From: an uncultured Candidatus Saccharibacteria bacterium
GTDB taxonomy: Bacteria; Patescibacteriota; Minisyncoccia; Phycocordibacterales; UBA2100
Assembly: GCA_964424265.1 (NCBI GenBank)
Contig: CAYRHX010000005.1
Location: 7,951 to 71,950 of the forward strand
Direction of reading: 5' to 3'
Length of the DNA stretch: 64,000 nt
Part shown: positions 59,888-64,000 of the stretch, in pieces
How positions within the stretch are numbered: position 1 is the stretch's first letter
Layout: each line of letters opens with the position of its first letter
Notes under the pieces: generated by a model
The model's database searches: none
What the model was told of the DNA's origin: nothing
Seen by the model: only the letters and a program-made list of their open reading frames with translations
Program-made: the position numbers and the translations under genes

Positions 59888-60786
59888 ACGAGTGCCATTG
59901 CGCACTCTTCGCTGCAATACACATTGCCCTCAGGATCGCGACACGAATCACACGCGATGAAATGAAGATGGCAGGTTTTCTCCGCGCAATCCGCATATCG
60001 CTCAGACGACGCGCCACAGAGTCGACACTTCCCTATTACTTCTCGTTCTCCACCAAAATCCATAGTCACACGCTGATCGAAGGTGTACAGCGTGCCTAGA
60101 AAATCTTTGCCCGGATATTTTTCCATATACGTATGGATGCCGCCGTCGAGCTGACGAACATTCTTGAATCCTTTGTGTTGGAGATACGCCGCCATCTTCT
60201 CGCACCGAATGCCACCGGTACACACGGTAACGACTTGTTTCTCCTTAAGTGGCGCAAGCTTCTCGAGCGCGAGTGGCAGATGGCGCGACGCAGAGATCCC
60301 TGGCTCGATCGCGTTTTTGAAGTGTCCGGAAGCGAATTCATAATTATTTCGCATATCTATTATGACAAAATCTTTCTGTTCCTCGTACCAGGCTCGTAAT
60401 TCTTCTGGAGAAATGCGTGGCGCAGTACGCACACGCGGATCGGCCTCCTCTTCGCTAAATCCAGTACCCACTATCTCATTACGCACCTTTACAGAAAGCG
60501 ACGGGAAACTTCTTCCTGTCCCCTTGCTTCGCTTCACCTGCACATCCGCGAATCGTTCATCAACAAAAAATCGCGTGACGAATTCTTCCGTATTCTCTGT
60601 CGCCCCTTCCAAGGTCGCATTGATACCCTCCTCAGCCACGATAGCGCGACCGGTCAGTGATAACTCAGCCGCCAACATTCGCACCCGCGCCGCCAATTCA
60701 TCGGGTCGCTCCACATCAACGTATTTATAGAAGAGGAGCACTTGATAGGAAAACGCTTGTGGATTTTCGGTGCCGATCTCTTTCAT
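59884..60786 (-). CDS. trhO: rhodanese-domain tRNA U34 hydroxylase TrhO (YceA/UPF0176)
   Basis: LLFYKYVDV N-terminus. Rhodanese CTGGIRCEK. C-terminal Cys cluster. Confidence 0.75.
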   Translation of the reverse strand: MKEIGTENPQAFSYQVLLFYKYVDVERPDELAARVRMLAAELSLTGRAIVAEEGINATLEGATENTEEFVTRFFVDERFADVQVKRSKGTGRSFPSLSVKVRNEIVGTGFSEEEADPRVRTAPRISPEELRAWYEEQKDFVIIDMRNNYEFASGHFKNAIEPGISASRHLPLALEKLAPLKEKQVVTVCTGGIRCEKMAAYLQHKGFKNVRQLDGGIHTYMEKYPGKDFLGTLYTFDQRVTMDFGGEREVIGKCRLCGASSERYADCAEKTCHLHFIACDSCRDPEGNVYCSEECAMALV

Positions 60787-60896
60787 AGCGACACTATAGC
60801 AAGGCGACAGCTCCAACGCATTGACATAGTCCAATTGCTTGGCATAGTAATCGGAGGCGCACATCCCGTGCGCACATAATTTGAGGGAGGCTTCAA

Positions 60897-61271
60897 GTGT
60901 TCAAACCAGTGACTGAGGCCGAACTCCAAGTCGGCCTTAAGTACGCGCGTGAAAAATTCTCGGAGGAGCTTCGGCCATACTGGCTCGAGCGCTTCACGAA
61001 CGAGTCAGGAACCCTGCGGCTTACGCGCAAGGCCGCTGGGGAAAGACTGAACCTACCGGACGCTCTCCGATTGACCATGAGGTCAACCGGTGTGCCGGAA
61101 AAGAATGGCGTCCAGCAGCGGCGTTTCAACGCCTATGTTTCGGCCGCCATGAAGATCTTCTCCTTCCGAAAGGAGGAGATCAGGCGGAAAAAAATGGCCG
61201 CACAGGCCACTCCGCCACAAAAGCCCGCCTGGCTGACGGACCAACATGGGCAGTATCTCCTGCTGCCCTGA
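60897..61271 (+). CDS. hypothetical small basic protein
   Basis: ORF only. Confidence 0.3.
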   Translation: MFKPVTEAELQVGLKYAREKFSEELRPYWLERFTNESGTLRLTRKAAGERLNLPDALRLTMRSTGVPEKNGVQQRRFNAYVSAAMKIFSFRKEEIRRKKMAAQATPPQKPAWLTDQHGQYLLLP

Positions 61272-61358
61272 GACCGTTACAGATGCCCGCTCTCATGATT
61301 GAAGCGGGCATCGAGATTTTGTGCGCGGAGGCTACGGCGATCTCCTGGGCAGATGGTT

Positions 61359-61781
61359 CTATTTTTTGGCCAACGTTTCCACTACCTGAATCAAACGCTC
61401 AAGCTTCGCGTTCATCGCCTCAAGTTGCTTCACCACAACGAAGTCGCTACTTTTATTTGTTTCTGGCTCGGCATGTGCGTATGTGCGCGGGGTATATTCT
61501 CGTTTCGGATATCGATCTCCGGCCCGTCCAGCACCAGTGTCCCCAGTCTTTACAAAACATTTTCGACAAAATATCGGCTTGCCACTCACTGGCTTGAAAG
61601 GCACTTCGCACGAATCACCACAATTGGTGCATGTAGCTTGATGATGAGTCATTGGGCCGCTCGATCTGTTTTCCCACGGCTTCTTCCCAAAGCTCGGCTT
61701 GCCACCGCGCGCGCCAAAGGCCGGCTTGCCGCCCAATGCCGCAAATCGCTTCCCGCCCTCACGTTTAACGTATGCTGTCAT
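61359..61781 (-). CDS. CxxC-x17-CxxC zinc-ribbon protein, Gly/Lys-rich N-terminus
   Basis: CTNCGDSCEVPFKPVSGKPIFCRKC. Confidence 0.5.
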   Translation of the reverse strand: MTAYVKREGGKRFAALGGKPAFGARGGKPSFGKKPWENRSSGPMTHHQATCTNCGDSCEVPFKPVSGKPIFCRKCFVKTGDTGAGRAGDRYPKREYTPRTYAHAEPETNKSSDFVVVKQLEAMNAKLERLIQVVETLAKK

Positions 61782-61880
61782 AGAGACGTGGAGTCTGCAC
61801 TAGTATTGACAAAATAGCAAGGAAGTGGCGTTTTTTGAATTACACTTTGCACTTGGATACTCTTTCCATAAGGCCTTTGC

Positions 61881-62363
61881 GTGTTATTGTATTACGTAAT
61901 GAAAAGCCTGGATGGCGGCCTAGAATCAGGAGTACCGCTCAAGAACGGCCTTGAGGAGGGCAAAATTAAGCCATTGCCCGTTAGCGACGAACAGCAGGCG
62001 AGAATGGAAAAAGCCAGCAGTGCAATCCAACTCCGACTCTTGGCACCTTTAAATCGCTTCACCTCAGATCCTACTCGGTACCAAGGTAAGCTGCTCTCGG
62101 TTTTCGGTCCATCTGGTGCGGACGATTTTAACCACATAGTAGATACATTAGTAGTTGAGCTCGCAATCCGCCTTCCCAAAACCGTCGCTGAATTACAGAA
62201 TTTCACCGCTGCGCTGCAGGAAGAAAGGACGCCCCTGGACAATCTAACCCTAGAGCAACTACGAAACGAGGTTACGCTTTCGTCGAAAGATGAGTGGCAA
62301 GAAAACCCCTTGCACTATCTCGCGCTTGCAACGTCGATAATCGAGAAATGCGAAGTGGACTGA
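61881..62363 (+). CDS. hypothetical protein
   Basis: ORF only. Confidence 0.3.
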   Translation: MLLYYVMKSLDGGLESGVPLKNGLEEGKIKPLPVSDEQQARMEKASSAIQLRLLAPLNRFTSDPTRYQGKLLSVFGPSGADDFNHIVDTLVVELAIRLPKTVAELQNFTAALQEERTPLDNLTLEQLRNEVTLSSKDEWQENPLHYLALATSIIEKCEVD

Positions 62364-62402
62364 GCAGACACTCGCTCCTACCGAGGACAAAGTGTTTCCT
62401 TT

Positions 62403-62474
62403 TTTGAATTTGACTCCACGGGGAATCGAACCCCGCTTCCCGCCTTGAGAAGGCGGTGTCCTAGCCGATAGACG
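62403..62474 (-). tRNA. tRNA-Glu (anticodon CTC)
   Basis: Reverse complement GGCTCCATCGTCTATCGGCTAGGACACCGCCTTCTCAAGGCGGGAAGCGGGGTTCGATTCCCCGTGGAGTCA folds as a cloverleaf. T-loop GGTTCGATTCC. Anticodon loop TTCTCAA. Confidence 0.8.
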
Positions 62475-62593
62475 ATGGAGCCTCGAGTGAGATTGTATTG
62501 CAAAACAGCCAAAAACGGAAGTGTTCTTCGTTATCATCACACCTCACATCAATCCGATTGATCTGAGGTGTGCTCGAATCGATTCTCAAAAGA

Positions 62594-62631
62594 TAGCGGC
62601 ATTCGGCCAATGCCGAATGCCGCTATCTATC
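62594..62631 (-). terminator. perfect 17-bp stem / 4-nt loop hairpin at 3' end of PBP gene (terminator or protein-binding palindrome)
   Basis: agatagcggcattcggc-caat-gccgaatgccgctatct. Confidence 0.4.
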
Positions 62632-64000
62632 TGGCGGAAGATTGTAGTAATTGATGAGATACTTCGACAGGTCAGAAAACGGATGCGCTAAGGTGGCGGA
62701 GGCGAATTCGGCGCCTTTCGGCTCGACCGCAAAGAGGAATATTATGAATTTGGGATCGTACGCGGGGAAATAGCCGAAGAAAGAGTGTAGGAAGCGATCT
62801 TCGTAGTATCCGCCGCCGCCAGGAATCCCGATTTGCGCAGTGCCCGTCTTCGCTGCTATTGAGTAGTGTTCGTTTTTTAGAATGCCTTTCAGAAGCGCAT
62901 CGTCGTACACGGTCACAAGCATTCGAGTGACGGTGTCGGTCGAAGTGGCGGCAAACACCCGCACACCCTCTTTAATGTCAATCGTGCGAACAACGCCACT
63001 TTCATATTTCATCGCCCGCACTATATGTGGGTTTGGCATCACACCGCCATTTGCGAGCGATGCGAGGGCGCGAATCATGCTGATGGGTGTGACGGCGATG
63101 CCTTGCCCAAATGATGCGCTCGCGTAATCCACATCGTAGCCATTTTGTATCGCCTGCACGCGCCCCTTCGCCTCGTTGGGAAGATCGATGTCGGTGCGCG
63201 CGCCCAGCTGCATTCCTTCCACGTATCGGCCAAACACTTCATGCCCCATTTTGTCCACGACGAAAGATACGCCGGTATTGAGCGATTGGTTGAGCACTTC
63301 CTGCATTGGCACCACCCCGCGCGCTTTGCCGTCGTAATTGCAGATTTTCTTTCCGCTTTTCTGAATGCAGCCAGTGTCTTGGTACGTCGTCTTCGGCGTC
63401 ACTACCCCCATGTCGATGCCAGCCGCCATGGTAAGAGGCTTCATGATAGATCCCATTTCGTAAATACTTTCCACAAGTGGATTAGAAAATATCCCCACAT
63501 CGTCGACCGTGTTGTAGGTGTTGGGATCGTAGGTAGGCCGCACTGCCATTGCAATGATGTCGCCCGTGTGAGGATCCATAACGATGCCACCCGCCATATT
63601 CGGAAGATTGGCTTGCATCACTCCTTGAAGCGTCTTTTCGAGCTGTGCTTGTACGTGCGGCTCAATCGATGTGATGATAGAGCCGTGATGTGCGGAAGGA
63701 TCGACAGAGACCGCAGCACCGATGTTAGTGAAGATTTCAGCAAAGGGATTGACATAAAGACCTGTCTTCGTTTTTACCAGTGAATCCTGCCAACTTTTCT
63801 CCAACCCGTATACACCCACACGCGTTTGCCCCTTAAATCCGACGAAGCCCATCACGTGTGCGGCGAGAGTATCCCCAGGATAAAATCGCCACTGGTCAGA
63901 AACGAGAAGAACTCCGGGCATCTTGAGCACGCGTATTTGCGAGGCTGCAGAATCAGAAACACGAAACGCCATTTCTTCGTACGGATCGTCCTTTTTTTCC
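62623..64000 (-). CDS. penicillin-binding protein transpeptidase (PBP2/FtsI-like), N-terminus beyond window
   Basis: SxxK GSIMKP, SxN SLNTG, KTG AAKTGTA. Frame open to the window edge. Confidence 0.8.
   Translation of the reverse strand, partial: EKKDDPYEEMAFRVSDSAASQIRVLKMPGVLLVSDQWRFYPGDTLAAHVMGFVGFKGQTRVGVYGLEKSWQDSLVKTKTGLYVNPFAEIFTNIGAAVSVDPSAHHGSIITSIEPHVQAQLEKTLQGVMQANLPNMAGGIVMDPHTGDIIAMAVRPTYDPNTYNTVDDVGIFSNPLVESIYEMGSIMKPLTMAAGIDMGVVTPKTTYQDTGCIQKSGKKICNYDGKARGVVPMQEVLNQSLNTGVSFVVDKMGHEVFGRYVEGMQLGARTDIDLPNEAKGRVQAIQNGYDVDYASASFGQGIAVTPISMIRALASLANGGVMPNPHIVRAMKYESGVVRTIDIKEGVRVFAATSTDTVTRMLVTVYDDALLKGILKNEHYSIAAKTGTAQIGIPGGGGYYEDRFLHSFFGYFPAYDPKFIIFLFAVEPKGAEFASATLAHPFSDLSKYLINYYNLPPDR

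Overview
This is a gene-dense bacterial chromosomal window of about 52% GC, mostly housekeeping genes. The gene content (many aminoacyl-tRNA synthetases, a minimal dcw cluster, small Zn-ribbon and DUF-like membrane proteins) suggests a small-genome bacterium, possibly CPR/Patescibacteria-like; this is inference only. Housekeeping genes called: trpS, aspS, scpAB, a dacA-like carboxypeptidase, mraY-ftsW-murG, gltX, an EnvC-like M23 peptidase, rpmA, rplI, ctpA, cysS, leuS, ychF, the F1Fo ATP synthase genes, ahcY, a PfkB kinase, engB, trhO, tRNA-Glu(CTC) and a partial PBP. Accessory or unusual content: (1) An RHS/YD-repeat polymorphic toxin (1937 aa, with an internal LamG domain) followed by a putative immunity gene, an orphan RHS-core/C-terminal toxin cassette, a second putative immunity gene, and a mazEF module. 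(2) A leucyl-tRNA synthetase of 1125 aa with two foreign hydrolase domains, a YdeN/RBBP9-like alpha/beta serine hydrolase and a Nudix domain with a perfect Nudix box, inserted in and around the CP1 editing region. (3) Three copies of a 151-bp element with terminal inverted repeats, MITE-like or a structured RNA, each sitting in a CTAG context and each supplying or overlapping the TAG stop codon of the gene on its right. (4) The ATP synthase operon split between atpB and atpE by a roughly 6.5-kb island carrying homospermidine synthase, a truncated paralog, an MFS transporter and an FAD oxidoreductase; there is also an unknown 106-aa ORF between atpD and atpG. (5) A secreted cell-wall cluster: an SLT-like protein and an M15 peptidase sharing a C-terminal domain, next to a 1066-aa protein with PG-binding, LamG and PKD domains. 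(6) A Fic protein with an HTH domain, a high-GC foreign-looking gene, and a CorA-like transporter lacking the GMN motif. No CRISPR array, rRNA or transposase gene was seen.
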